Made by a program: the position numbers and the translations under genes. The notes beneath the pieces were generated by a model. That model made no database searches. It worked only from the letters and a program-made list of their open reading frames with translations, and was not told where the DNA came from. A stretch of 64,000 bases of DNA from Lama guanicoe (lineage: Eukaryota), in assembly GCA_013239625.1 (NCBI GenBank), contig MU054187.1, positions 21,641,280 to 21,705,279 on the forward strand, read 5' to 3'. Positions 52,001 to 64,000 of this stretch are shown piece by piece; position 1 is the first letter of the stretch, and the number at the start of each line of letters is the position of its first letter.

Positions 52001-55000
52001 ACCTATAAGGTCCCAAATCTTTATGTGTCATCTAGACCTCCTTGATTCACAGATTGTTTGTTTAATTATGTACTAAAAATTTCTTGCCTAAATTGCCCGT
52101 AAGTGTCGTATGAGCACGCCCTCAGGTCAACTTACCCTGCTCCCCTGTTCTGTATTCCTTGTCCTAATAAATGGTTTCCATATAGTCGGCCACGAAAGCT
52201 AGAAATTTCAGAATAATTGTTTTGCTTCCTTCTTCTTTCTCTTTCTCATACCCCACAGCCAGTTGGCATTGATACCTTCTTTATTCTACTTAAAAGGTGT
52301 TGAACTGTCTCCTCTATACCCAAACTGCTACATTAGTTTAGGCCCTTATCTTCGGCTTAGAGGATTGCTCTAATTCTACTGATCTGTAGCTTCTCTGCCC
52401 CATCCCACCATATGGTCCACAGAATAAAGTCCAATATTCTTTAATATAACATACCAAACTGAGTTGAGAGAGTAAACAAAGGAAGACCAGTTTGGAGACA
52501 ACTCTCAAAGACAAGAGGAGAGATGGTAAGGACAAGAATTGGAGACATGACTGTAGTATAGAAGTTGATGGATGTACAGGGATTTTTTTCCAATTATGGT
52601 TTGGAAATTGCAGTAGATACACATTGGAGTGGCCGCCTAGCTCAGAAATTCCTTCATGAGGCTGTGTCTTTGCTATTCCTAACCCTTTCCAAACACTAGA
52701 CTTGTGTTCCTCATGAACTGCCTCTCTGCCTGTAATACTGGTTGGAAGGTGAGCACCTGACCCGAGCTGGGTGACCACATGCCTTAGCCCATGGCCACAG
52801 TAACTGGTGTGGTGAGTGGGCCTTTGAACCACACTGGAGTAATCAGAGCCTTTCCTGGAGCTCAGTTCTAAGTTAAGCTAGAGAAAAGTAGTCTTTTCTG
52901 TCTAGCTCCCACTGCTGTCAGAATGAGTCCAGAGATGTTTGTAGCCTTCCCGCTGTGCCCTGTGTATGTTAGAAAGTAGCCTGCAGTAGGAAAAACTGAT
53001 CCAGCCTGTAGGAAATCAGAGACCTGATGGTGTCCGTGTGCTTGGTTTCAGTGCTCCCTCAGAATAGTGCCATCCCAGCCTCTGAACTGGTTACATGGGT
53101 CAATAAGTTCTCCCTTTTTACTTAAAGTACTTAAGAGTTTCCAGTCAAAATCAAAAGGCTGTAAGGAGTACAAAGCTGGGACAGTCCTCAGTGTCTCGGG
53201 AAGATGCAGGGAAGTCACAGGTGACTTCGGGTACCTGCTCAGATACCACTTCTCTCACCATAGCTTTGTAAATGCATCTGTGTCCCCTCTGCTAGATACT
53301 GAGCACTCGAAGGCCAGGCTGTATCTTTTTCCTCTTGCTTCTAAGCCCATTCCTAGCACAATGCTGAAACAAATAAGGTGTCTTGTAAAGTTTCACTCTT
53401 GAATAGTAAAGTTCACGTAAGATGAAGTTTCACCAATTTATGTAAAATGCTTTCCTTCTTGGGAAAATGCTAGTTTCAGGGATGGGGAAAGGGTATACTG
53501 TCTTTCAGCCATTTTTTATCCAATGAGAATTTGAAACATGCTTCACATCTTTCTCTCAACCGTAACCTTTGAGTACAATTTTTATTCTTTTATATGTGTC
53601 ATATCCTTAAAGCCACATTTGATTTATGCTTTAGGCTAAAGGAAATTATTTTTAAAGAGAGAAATTCCAAACTACAACTTGAAATCATGGTTCACAGACT
53701 TCAAAATGAAATTAAAAAACTCACCATTGAATTAATTAAAGCAAGAGACCAACAAGAGGATCACATTAGACACTTAAGGACCCTGGAAAAGGCCTTAGAG
53801 AAAATGGAGAAGCAAAAAGGGCAGCATCAAGCAGCGCAGGTACTTCCGCGGTTTAGTCTCTCGGTCCCTGGACGTAGCACACTCACAGCTTCTGTCCTGA
53901 GGCAAATTAGGTCATTACGTAGTGAGCGTAAAAGATGTGAGGCTATATGCGAAAACTAATTTAAATGTACCAATAATTTAACCTGTGGCCATCATTTCTT
54001 GAATTAAGGGTACCAGCATTCACAAAGCAATTATAAAAAGGGTTGGTGGAAATATTTGCAGGTTGTTAGGCTTGTGTCTTGCAAGAGCCAGATTTGAAAA
54101 GTCTCTTCAGGGTGCTTGAAGGCCTTCATATTCATGCTTTCTGAAGGGAAATTTTCATGAAGGTCTGTAGTGCAAATGAGCAGTTGTTAATGCGAATGTG
54201 TTTGCTGCTTCCAAGATTACGCTTTATGTGGCAATAGCGTTATTAATTGAATAAATTTTGAGAATCAATGTAGTCACTAGGTCCTGTTACTTAGAAGGCA
54301 CTTCTTCTTTGAGGAACTAACCTTAAAGTAGAAACAGAGGGGCTTATTGTCTAAGTACTGTAATTGTGTGTATTTTATTCAGATGCGACTTATCCAAGAG
54401 GTGGAGCTCAAAGCTGCAGCTGCTGATAGAGAAATAAACTTACTTAGAACTTCTCTTCATCAAGAAAAGGAGCAGGTCCAGCAACTTCATGAACTTCTCG
54501 CACTGAAAGAACAAGAACACAGGTAAATGAAATAGTGCATATCAGGAAGATACGGACATTTACGACTAGGAAAAGTTACTCGGTTCTCCTCCCACCCCCG
54601 CCAGTCCTAGCCAGTGACTGAGCAGTGGTGGAGTCCGACAGAATTAGCTCATGGAAAATGGCATGTTTATGTAGGCATCAGAATCAGGCTGACAGTAAAA
54701 ACTAGTAGCTTAAAAACAAATCAGTGACTATTGAGGTTGCGGTGTGGGCTTGTAACCATGAAGCTTAGTTTGCATTTCTCTAAGCCCAACCAAAAGTCAG
54801 TCATGTAGTGAAGAGAAAACTGCTTTGATTGACTTCCAAGAAACTGCTTGTTAAATTATCAGTATTCTTTATTCCTTTGAAGCAGGGTTCAACAAACTTT
54901 TTCTGTGAAGGTCTAGATGGAAATTATTTCAGGCTTTGCAGGTCATGCCTTTATAGCACAGAAGTAGCCATAGACAGAACATAATGAATGGGTGTGGCTG

Positions 55001-58000
55001 TGTTCCAATAAAAGTTTATTTCCCCAGAAGAAGGGCAGCAGGCCAGACTTGGCTCAAGGGCTGTGGCTTGCCAACACCTGCTTTTTGGAGTCCACAGTAG
55101 CCTGAACACTTTCAGCTAGTTATCTGCTAACTACCCTACCAGTTGAATTGTATGATTGCCATGAGTTAATTGTGTTTGTTCTCAGACCTGTTTTGTTTTT
55201 GTCCTTACATAAATTAAATTTTAACGTATAAATTAAATTTTGATGCTCTGAGGGAAATCGTTTGTCGTCATATGTGTGGGCAGGACAATTGTAAAAGATT
55301 GGGGGGGAATAATCGCAAAAATATAAAAATTGACACTTAGTTTCCTTTTCATCTTTTAACTTATTCTAGTTTAAAGAAACCAAAACTGATTTCAGAAATA
55401 ATGGGTTTTGTATTATGGGTTTGATTTATTCAAGAAAAAAGAGCACAGAACTCTAAAGAATGAACTCACATTTAAATAAAAAACTGGCCCTGTGTCAAAA
55501 GATTGGTGAACAGTTTCCTACCATAACTGATGTTTTCAGTTAATCAATCACCAGTACCAGTCAGACTGTATTGATTGTATGTCAAAGACTCAACCAAAGT
55601 AGAAGATGCGCGAGGCAGAACCTGACTTCTACGAATGTACCTGAAGAATTTTAGAAGCCATGGAATGATTCTAAACTATCTCAGTGAAGTTAAGATTTGG
55701 CATACTCCTTTATCCCCATCACCACTGAATACATAATCAAATAACACTCATATTTTTTCTGTATCTACCATCCTATCCCTAATTTTCCATGTTTGAAAGT
55801 GAGGAAATGATCTTTTACAATAGGGAATATAAAATACTTAATAACTATTTAAAGACCTTTAAAGTTTTCCTTTCCAGGTTAACAGCATCCTATGATTTTT
55901 TTTCTTTGTTTTTCATTCCAGGAAAGACCTTGAAACAAGGGAGTTTTTCACTGAAGCGGAATTCCAGGAAGCCTTAGCCAAAGAAATTGCTAAAGAAGAG
56001 AGAAAGCATGAGCAAGTTATACAAGAATACCAAAACAAAATTGATGCGTTAAACCAACAGTATCTGGATTTAGAAAATGAATTCCGTATTGCTTTAACTG
56101 TTGAAGCCAGAAGATTTAAAGATGTAAGAATTGGCATCTAGCTTTTTATTGAAAACAGAATCAGCAAGATATGGTGTGATAAGAGGACTCTACATGTTAG
56201 AATTCTAGCTCTGTTTGCATGTTAACCATATGATCTTAGCAAATTATTTAAAATCTTAGAGCCTTATTTCTTCCCGTAAATAATAGCTAATCATCAGTGC
56301 TGTTGCCAAAGCTAAGTGAGATTGTAAATGGTCAAGTAAAAAGAGCACTCGAATAGGAATTGAGAGACCTGAATTCTCTCCTATTATTATAGAGCACGGA
56401 TTGGCAAGCTAACGTCTCTGGGTTATATTTGGCCCACTGCCTGTTTTTGTAAATAAAGTTTTATTAGAACAGATCCATGCTCACTTGTTTATATAGTTAG
56501 TATCTGTGGCTGCTTTTGTGTTACAACAGCAGGGTTGAGTACTTACAACACAAACACACATGGCCTGGCTGGCCTGCAAAGCCAGTTATGTGTGAATCTT
56601 ATCCTTTTGCTAAAACTCTGATTCTAAAAATGAAAGAAGTAAAGCTGTTTCCAGAAACAGATATTTTCTGAATATTTGGAGAACTGCTATTTATAATGCA
56701 ATTTTGAAATATAGGTTAAAGATGGTTTTGAAAATGTTGCAACTGAATTAGCAAAGAGCAAGCATGCTCTTGTTTGGGCTCAACGAAAAGAAAATGAATC
56801 TTGCTCTTTAATTAAAGATCTGACCTGTATGGTGAAGGAGCAAAAGACAAAACTTGCAGAAGTTTCCAAATTGAAACAGGAAACAGCAACAAATTTACAG
56901 GTAAGACATTGTAACGTTCTATTTCCTTTAAAATTTTTTTGAATCAGTTTCTCAAGTATATGGTGATGATTCTAGGAAGTACATAATTATGAACTTTCAG
57001 ATAATACTAATTATATGTTTTTACATCTGTGAAAAGTAATAGAACTAGGATTTTCACAGATTGCATTACTTACACTAAAATAGTATTTAAGTAAAATAGG
57101 TAAACTGCTAAATGGGAATTAATTTAAGAAGCATGCTAAGTAAATAGGTACCAGTTCTATAGTGATACAGATGGTTGAAGTTTGGAAAATACCACATAAA
57201 TTGTTGATATATTAGCTTTATGGTGGGATTGTTTTTACATATACCCAACTATAATCATTGTTAAATTACTTTATTTCTGTTGTCTCAATTTTAAATGTTA
57301 GTGGTATTTTGCCCGAAAGGACTCACTTTCTGAAAGTGACCTTTAGACTGCTGATATAAATACTTGGTAAGAAATTTTGAGTATTACATGTATAGTTATT
57401 CTTTTAAGATAATAAATAAAGTTCAGAGTGTTTAAAGCAGTAGCCTCTTTAAATTTGACTTACTTCATGACCTATAATTAAAACATTGTCTAATGTAAAA
57501 TTTAGGAACATTTACTTTGTATTTGCTTAAATAGCATGCTTTCTCATTATAAAATGTAAAAATAAAATAAAGAAGCACTTAAATATAATAGTTTGCTTTC
57601 TTTCCCGATGTTTTTCGGGGGCACAGAATCAAATCAACACACTTGAAATTTTGATTGAAGACGACAAGCAGAAGAGCATTCAAATCGAACTTCTCAAGCA
57701 TGAAAAAATGCAGCTTATTGCCGAGCTCGCAGCCAAGGAGTCACTGATCTATGGTTTAAGGACAGAAAGAAAAGTGTGGGGACATGAGTTGGCACAACAG
57801 GGTAAAACTCTCAAATTTTCAAAGGGAAAAAAATGCCGCATTCTGCTAATCCAGCAAAGCTGGGTATTAGAGAGGAAGGGCTTAACTCTGCCTGCACACT
57901 CCAAGAGAGAAGGCAGCACTTCAGGTGGAGGAGTAAGTAGTCGTTTGCCAGCCAAACAGGAATGAGATTACACTTAGGAAAAGGGAAATAGTTACTCCAC

Positions 58001-61000
58001 CTGTTAGAAAGTTATAGTGCTGATTTTTTTTTGGTTTTGTGGGTTTTCTTCCCTCTTTGATTTGGTCACTTTTCTGAACAGGTGTACCTCTGCAATGCTA
58101 CAACTGAAGAAATCTTTGAAAGTAATTCTTTCTTACCTAGTGATTTTAAATTATTTGTGCAGTATGCAGATTTCATTTTTTTTTTCCTAAAAATGTTGGT
58201 AACATTTATCCTGTCTTGCATGGAGAAATGTGAAATAGTGTATGAATGGAAACCACGTCAGGTTTAGGTCAACTTACCCTCAGTCTCATTCCCTTTCCAG
58301 TCACCATAAAGCAAGAGACGTACACCATTCTAAGGCCTATCGTAGAGACTTGACAAATTCTGAATAGCTGGATGTTGACCTAAATGGAACATTGCGCGTT
58401 TGTCTGTTCCACGTAGGAATGTTTAATATGATTTTGTTTGTTTGGATGGCATAACATGACCCATTAAACGTTGTGTCTGAGTTACTTGTTCGTGTTGTAG
58501 TTTTAGGTTCTCAAATAGCCACAGCTGTTTAAAAGGCCTTTTTTGTTCTCACCCGCTTTCCTCTTCATGTTGTGCTATTATACATTTGGTTCTTGATTCC
58601 GTTTTTGCTGTATGATACATGGTACAATTAGATGTTCATAAAATAGAAACCCTCCAGGGTATTTTTAAGTTTGTTACTGACAATGTTTGTTTCTTAGGAT
58701 CTTCTCTAGCACAACACCACGGAAAACTGGAGGCTCAGATTGAAAGTTTATGTAGAGAGAATGAATCTCTGCGGAAAGCAGGTGAACGGGATAACGATGC
58801 ATTAAAAATTAAGTGCAAAATCATAGACGACCAAACTGAAACCATTGGGAAATTGAAAGAAGTAAGTTTGACATTTTATTTTAGGAAAAGATCATATGGC
58901 AGGTTTGAAAACCTGTAGATCAAAGTATCTAATATTTGTCTCAATGAATCCCAACTGTGTGAAATTGAAGATAGATTATCATGTGTTTCTTTTATAATGT
59001 TTGCTTCTGTGCTTTTAAAAATGATACATGACATTTATTAATTAACTTGAAACTACTTTTACCTCCAAATGGTATGGACAACGTTATTATGGCCCTTTGA
59101 AATAATTAGAAATAGTGTCCATAAAGAGTTAGGAATACCAAGAAAATTAACATTTTATTTAAACTTTGCATTGTTTAGTATCTTCCAGTATTGGTAAGTC
59201 ACTTCTTGAAATTATGACAGAACTTGCCATTCCTATACTTTAAAGTGTATGAATAGAGTGTAAAAGATTCATGCTTGTTCCCATGGGAAACCGTTCTACC
59301 CTCTTCAGTATGGCCCATCTTAAGGGAGAATTCTAATAGGATCATTTGTTTCAAAGTATTTTATATGAAAATTTCCAGAAAGTCAGCTTGAACAGTGAAT
59401 CAAATTTGAACTTCAAAAAAAATTTTTAGAGATGATCTCTACGGTGTAAGAATAACTGAGAAAAGGGTTTTTAAGGAACTGCTAAATGGGATTATCCCCC
59501 ATAAAGTTAGGAACTCACTCTTTAGAGGGTTCATAACTTCCTGTGATTTGGTTGTTTTTCCCTTAGTCATTTTTAAGAAACTCCTAGAGAACTTCATCGA
59601 GTACAGAAAACAAAGAAACATATTTATTACCACGTTGCTATGTTCATAGCTAGATTTTAGGCTATGAATGCATGAACTATGTTACCCTACACAATTATAT
59701 TGGTATTTATGCAACCGAAATTTTGGTTTCATGATATCCAAAATTTCAACTATATCTCATACATACCAAGCTACATTGAAAATTATTGAAATTTTTTAGC
59801 AGTAAGCCTTTTTTATTGTTTTAAAAATCTGTGCTTTGGTGTAACACTTGTGTCTGGCGTAACTACTCCCACAGTAGGACTACCGCCTTCTTAACAGTGT
59901 CAGCAGCGCTTTGGAAGGAAACGACCAGTAATGAATGTCCTAATAGAGACAAGAAACAGATCGGATTAGATATTTGGTTAAAAAAAAGTTTTCAGATTTT
60001 CAACTCAACAGTTTTCACAATTTAGTGCATTTCCTTTAAAGAACATTGTATCAGCCTCAAAGATAAGAGCACTAATGGTGCGTTCCAGCGAATCACAGAA
60101 CGTAGAGATAGCTAGGCATAATTTCTTTTACCAGTAAATTCATCATACCCAGTAACTTGAAGGGATAATGATGTAATCTGCAAAATTTAGAGTTTGATCT
60201 TTTTCAATTAAGTAGCTCCTGTACAGTTAGCTTCTGACTGGAAATCAGAAACAATTTTTTTGAGATTCTGTTTCCTCCCATGTATTGTTTTTTTGGTACT
60301 TTCACAAGACTCTGATGCTGCAGTGTTACTTTTTATTAAGAGGGTTATTTCTTAAGAATCTTCTATAGCTTTTGTGAATTCCTGGTATGTGTCAAGACTG
60401 CCCACCCTTAAATACTTAAGAGTATTTAAGCTCTTAAGTAGGAGAGCTGTAGGAAGAAAATAAACCATTCATGACTTTTATGCAGAAAGTTGGTCAAGAC
60501 TAGAAGACTGCCTGTTACCTTTACTTAGAATTTTTAGATAGTAACACACTGAGGAATTGAACCACACTTTTTTAAACACATGTGAATCCATACCTAAATT
60601 AGCCTTGTTCAGTATGTATTTGTTTGCCTCCATCTGTTGTTTAACAAAAGGGGAAAAAAGGCAAAGTGGGGCAGAGAACACAGGGTAAAAACAAGAACTA
60701 CCACTTTCATCCTTTCTCACGGGCGGAGACTGAGGTCAGTAGTTGGTGTTCCAGCAGGGCTGTTCCAGCGTCCAGGCACGCCCCCTTCGAGCAAGCGAAC
60801 GTTCATTGGAATCAGTACTTCATATGAGGCCTGATACCGGCCAACATTTAACAGTACCTGAGGTAGTTTTGATCTTTCTCATCATCTTCTAATTTGCAGT
60901 TTGCAAACAGAGGATGAAGTGTGACTCGTAATACAGAAGATACTAAAAGGAAATTTTAGGGGATGTAGAGCCTGTTTTTATGTGACGTTTTAATAGTCAT

Positions 61001-64000
61001 GAAGTCATACTTTTTTTTAAAGTATTTGCTTATCCTAATGCAGGAAACACTTCTGTTTAGCACAGCAGAAATCGCAGTCTAATTTGGTCGTACATACACA
61101 GTGAGCATCCGCCTTTTCTGTATTGCTATCAGCCGCCAGCTAGAGTTTTCCTGTTATTTACTGTCTTGAAAACAGATCTTTTCAAATGCAAATTTATGCT
61201 CATTGAAATTTCCATTGTTCCGCTTTCTTTTCCATCCCTTGTATGCCCTCTGTGTGATTGATAATTACTAACTTAATGAAATAATAAGTGTAAATAGTTC
61301 ATCTTTCTTAATTGCAATTAAAACAAAGTAGTAGTGCTATTCTTTATTGATTGTGATTTTTTAAATTTTCTGTAAATCTTTTCCAAAATATTCATTGAGT
61401 ATTCAATTCATTTTTTAATCTGTAGTTTTTCTAATAATTTTAAACCATATTGAATTAGGAAATGAGACATTCAGGATTAATAAATACTGATTTTTTTTCT
61501 TGAAGTGTTTACAGGAAAGAGAAGAAGAAATCAAAATATTGCAAGAAAAGATCACTGAAATACAAAAATGTACTCAAGAACAACTTGATGAAAAATCTTC
61601 ACAACTAGATGATATAATTGAGAAACTAGAAAGACACAATGAAAGAAAAGAAAAACTAAAACAGCAGTTGAAGGTGAAGGAATTAGAGCTTGAAGAAATT
61701 AGGAAAGCTTACAGGTATTATCCAGTATTCCCTGTTGAGAAATAAAATGTGGCTTAATAATCTCATATAACCAATTTTAATTGTTTAATTATTTCTTCTC
61801 ATATTAGTACACTTAATCAGAAGTGGCACGATAAAGGAGAACTTCTCTGTCATCTCGAAATGCAAGTAAAAGAAGCCAAAGAAAATTTTGAAAACCAAGA
61901 AAGGAAACTGAAAGCAGAAAGAGACAAAAGTATTGAACTGCAAAAGTAAGCGTTAAGTCCTAAAGTGTGTGGGGTATCGGCACACAGGAGCCTGAACTGA
62001 GACGGGTGAGATGCAGAGAGAGAGAGGGGTGGGTAAAAACATTCTGAGTTCAGTTATTTGCCGTGTACTTTATTTCCATTCCATCCATAAAATAAAGATA
62101 GTTCCCACTTTAATGTTTGACGTGAGGTTTAAACTTTGTGTATTTGTGTACTGATGTATATATATATGGTGTGTATGAGTTCTTTAGTATGTAAGCAGTG
62201 CCTGACACATAGTAATTACTCTATGAATATTTTGTTTTTATTACTGTGATTATTTCCAAACTCTGAGTGAAAGCAGCTAGTGATATTTTGGGCTGTTGCA
62301 TGTGGAGTTTGGAGGAGGGGAAGTCACCGGAGTACCAGGGCAGTGAGCGCCGGAGGACACTACCCGAGATCTAGGAGGGAGCTGTGAGCCTGCACAAGCT
62401 GAGATGAGAGCTGACTTTAAAGAAGGGAAAGAAAATGTGTACATGGGTGCCATTGTTGTGTGGACTGTGTAAAATACCCCAGAGGAAATGAGGGTTTTAC
62501 CTGGTGAACTATATGATTAGACTTGTTAGAATAATTGACAGCGTTGACTGCCTTGAGAAATAAAACCACTGCCATGGTTTAATGACCAGCTCTCATCTAT
62601 ACAAAATGGCATAGGTAAGGTGGCACATGGATCGCCCAGAAAGCTCATGTAGGTTCCCATTACATTAAATCTAATAGAACCTGGAAATTTGATTGTTTAT
62701 GTTGTAACTCAGAGTAAATGCAAAACAATTACTACACGTTCCAGAAAGGCTTGATCGCTAACACAGTCACTCCTTTGCTCATGGGCTGGGTTCCGCTTTT
62801 CTTTTTCAGCCAGGCGCTCGGATAGGGACCTTGGCTTGGAGCTCATTGCAGTTTCTCTCCAGCTGGTCACAGCTGTGCAATTTGGAGTCCTTTAGACCCT
62901 AAAGACACAGTCATTTCATAAAATTAGCAACTCCTAAAGTTAGTAACAATCATAAAGCCTAACAATTCTAGAATCTTGCATCGCATCGTTTATCCTGCCA
63001 TTAATAGCAAAACGGTAGAAGGCCTGATTCTATACATTAATGCCTCTGTGACTAAGATTGGTATATATGATTTTTAATTTAATGAAATTTTAATAAAATA
63101 GATAAATTACTATTCATAAAAACATTTTGTTTGCATAGCTTTTTACAAAGTATAAATTGACTTTTTTCTTACATCTTATTTTGAACCCAGCAATAATTCT
63201 GTGGGTTGGCCAAACAGGCAGGATTATCCTGTTTTAGGGCAAACAGACATTTATCACAGTAGTCACGTGGCCACCAAGTGTTGCAACTGGGAATAAAAGA
63301 TAGGCTTTTGATTCATGGTCCTGATATTCAGTCCACTGTTGCAATGGGCTGTGCCAAAACCAGGGAATTTGTTCATTATGGATTTAATATTTTTAATAGA
63401 ATTATTCATATTTAATATAAAGGAATGGGTATTTTCCCTCTGAGCAACTTTTAGCACAAAAATTTTGTGAATACTGTTTATAATTTGTTTATTAACATAG
63501 GGTTTTATCTGTTAAGCATTAACATAGGGAAGTCAGACATACATGTTTATAAACTTGAAAGCTACAAACTTACCAAATTATCACACTGTTAATATGTGGG
63601 GAAAAAAGGTTGATGGTAGCAGCTGTGAAGGTGCTTGTTTATAAGCCACATCCTTAGACTCAAAATAAACGAGAACCATGCGCTCCGACCTTCAGAGGCT
63701 AAAAGTGTAACAAACTTCCATTGATGTTACCCTGTTCTATTCTGTTACTGACAGATTCTGTTGGATGATGAACGGCTTGTATCTTTAGTTACTCAAGATG
63801 CCCCTTTGCTATTTCATGGAGTTACGCTCCCGTTAAACTCTGAATGTAAGATCTGCCATCGAGGAGGACAAAACATTCTAATTTTTATGCACGCAGATAG
63901 ATATGTGGGTTTTGCTTTGTTTTTAAGGGATGCAGTGGAAAAGCTTCACAATATGGATCATGTCTTTAAAAAACAAGTCGATGCAATTGTTGAAGCCCAT
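36816..64000 (+). CDS. LRRCC1: Leucine-rich repeat and coiled-coil centrosomal protein 1 (CLERC), coding exons 1-18, 3' end beyond window
   Basis: 18 GT-AG exons splice into 2901 nt (967 codons) with consistent phases and no stop seen. N-terminus MEAPVEAEVENEDGDSSCGDLCFMDKGL, LRRs (LDLSSNQI, LNLSCNLI, LNLSYNHI, IDLHSNCI), long C-terminal coiled coil. Confidence 0.96.
39138..39343 (+). CDS. LRRCC1: LRRCC1 exon 2 (LRRs)
   Basis: TTTATAG|C; SISELSLDSALHAINLHCNNI...ITRIE; G|GTTTGT; 206 nt. Confidence 0.93.
39666..39731 (+). CDS. LRRCC1: LRRCC1 exon 3
   Basis: TTTTAG|GA; GLEALTNLTRLNLSYNHINDLS; G|GTAAGT; 66 nt. Confidence 0.92.
40522..40689 (+). CDS. LRRCC1: LRRCC1 exon 4
   Basis: TTGCAG|GT; GLMPLHGIKHKLRYIDLHSNCI...NPVCHLP; G|GTATG; 168 nt. 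Confidence 0.92.
42646..42821 (+). CDS. LRRCC1: LRRCC1 exon 5 (LRR cap)
   Basis: CCAAG|GG; GYRAIMLQTLPQLRILDCKN...ISEDE; |GTATAG; 176 nt. Confidence 0.92.
42923..43132 (+). CDS. LRRCC1: LRRCC1 exon 6
   Basis: CATAG|ATC; IIDGMPVVTPP...LLQLLSE; |GTAAAT; 210 nt. Confidence 0.92.
44900..48370 (-). mobile_element. Cluster of old nested L1M fragments in LRRCC1 intron 6
   Basis: L1 ORF2/3'UTR-like pieces (GTTCCACATCCTCGCCAG, GATGGACATTTG, TTTTGCTGGACATAGAATTCTGG). Confidence 0.75.
48537..48733 (+). CDS. LRRCC1: LRRCC1 exon 7
   Basis: TCCTAG|ACT; TSNSLIDNVPEKDLRPKRDTD...NNPFI; AG|GTAC; 197 nt. Confidence 0.9.
49005..49152 (+). CDS. LRRCC1: LRRCC1 exon 8
   Basis: TTGCAG|T; CNRKMKQPFFKE...EDTTYR; |GTATG; 148 nt. 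Confidence 0.9.
49865..50085 (-). mobile_element. MIR SINE
   Basis: CATTTATTGAGTGGTTATTATGTGCCAGGCACTG...ACAAATGAGAAAATTGAGGC..AGAGGTTAGGTAACTT core. Confidence 0.85.
50104..50252 (+). CDS. LRRCC1: LRRCC1 exon 9
   Basis: TTTTAG|GCA; ALVEQLDEEREKRWKAEQAEKK...LLTAD; AG|GTAAG; 149 nt. Confidence 0.92.
53635..53839 (+). CDS. LRRCC1: LRRCC1 exon 10
   Basis: TTTAG|G; LKEIIFKERNSK...QHQAAQ; |GTACTT; 205 nt. Confidence 0.92.
54383..54522 (+). CDS. LRRCC1: LRRCC1 exon 11
   Basis: TTCAG|ATG; MRLIQEVELKAAAADREI...KEQEH; AG|GTAAA; 140 nt. Confidence 0.92.
54882..55081. mobile_element. MER58A-like hAT non-autonomous DNA transposon
   Basis: CAGGGTTCAACAAACTTTT...TTGCCAACACCTG terminal inverted repeats, ~200 bp; related pieces at ~50516 and ~56395. 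Confidence 0.75.
55922..56123 (+). CDS. LRRCC1: LRRCC1 exon 12
   Basis: TTCCAG|G; KDLETREFFTEAEFQEALAKE...EARRFKD; |GTAAG; 202 nt. Confidence 0.92.
56715..56900 (+). CDS. LRRCC1: LRRCC1 exon 13
   Basis: ATAG|GTT; VKDGFENVATELAKSKHALVWAQRKE...ATNLQ; |GTAAG; 186 nt. Confidence 0.92.
57627..57801 (+). CDS. LRRCC1: LRRCC1 exon 14
   Basis: CACAG|AAT; NQINTLEILIEDDKQK...GHELAQQ; G|GTAAA; 175 nt. Confidence 0.92.
58698..58861 (+). CDS. LRRCC1: LRRCC1 exon 15
   Basis: TCTTAG|GA; GSSLAQHHGKLEAQIE...IGKLKE; |GTAAGT; 164 nt. Confidence 0.92.
61506..61714 (+). CDS. LRRCC1: LRRCC1 exon 16
   Basis: TTCTTGAAG|TGT (alternative in-frame AG 9 nt later); CLQEREEEIKILQEK...IRKAY; AG|GTATT; 209 nt. Confidence 0.88.
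61808..61945 (+). CDS. LRRCC1: LRRCC1 exon 17
   Basis: ATTAG|T; TLNQKWHDKGELLCHLE...SIELQ; AA|GTAAG; 138 nt. Confidence 0.92.
63928..64000 (+). CDS. LRRCC1: LRRCC1 exon 18 (partial)
   Basis: TTTTAAG|G; DAVEKLHNMDHVFKKQVDAIVEAH, running to the window end. Confidence 0.88.

Noticed and set aside
52338..52832. 164-aa antisense ORF in LRRCC1 intron 9
   Set aside because: Non-ATG start, overlaps MLT-like and L2-like repeat sequence, no motif.

Overview
Eukaryotic, mammalian DNA, most likely a camelid (alpaca or camel), judging by the tRNA-derived SINE and L1 3' ends; three N-gaps. The left ~31 kb is a tandem cluster of SLC7A12/SLC7A13-type (Asc-2/AGT1 clade) amino-acid transporter light-chain genes on the + strand. 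It contains one near-intact 4-exon gene (11822-22466, 490 codons, all introns GT-AG) whose only lesion is an in-frame TGA at codon 226. It also holds three decayed paralogous segments that the ORF track does not clearly reveal: a full exon-1 relic at 2050-2640, an intron-1/exon-2 relic at 29578-29990, and a promoter+exon-1 relic at 30220-30895. The right part is LRRCC1 (+ strand), with a CpG-island promoter at ~36.6-37.1 kb and coding exons 1-18 (exon 18 runs off the window), which splice into an uninterrupted 967-codon frame. The rest is L1, L2, MIR, LTR/ERVL, MER58-type repeats and microsatellites. Repeat subfamily names and comparisons with human/mouse proteins come from memory and need database confirmation.
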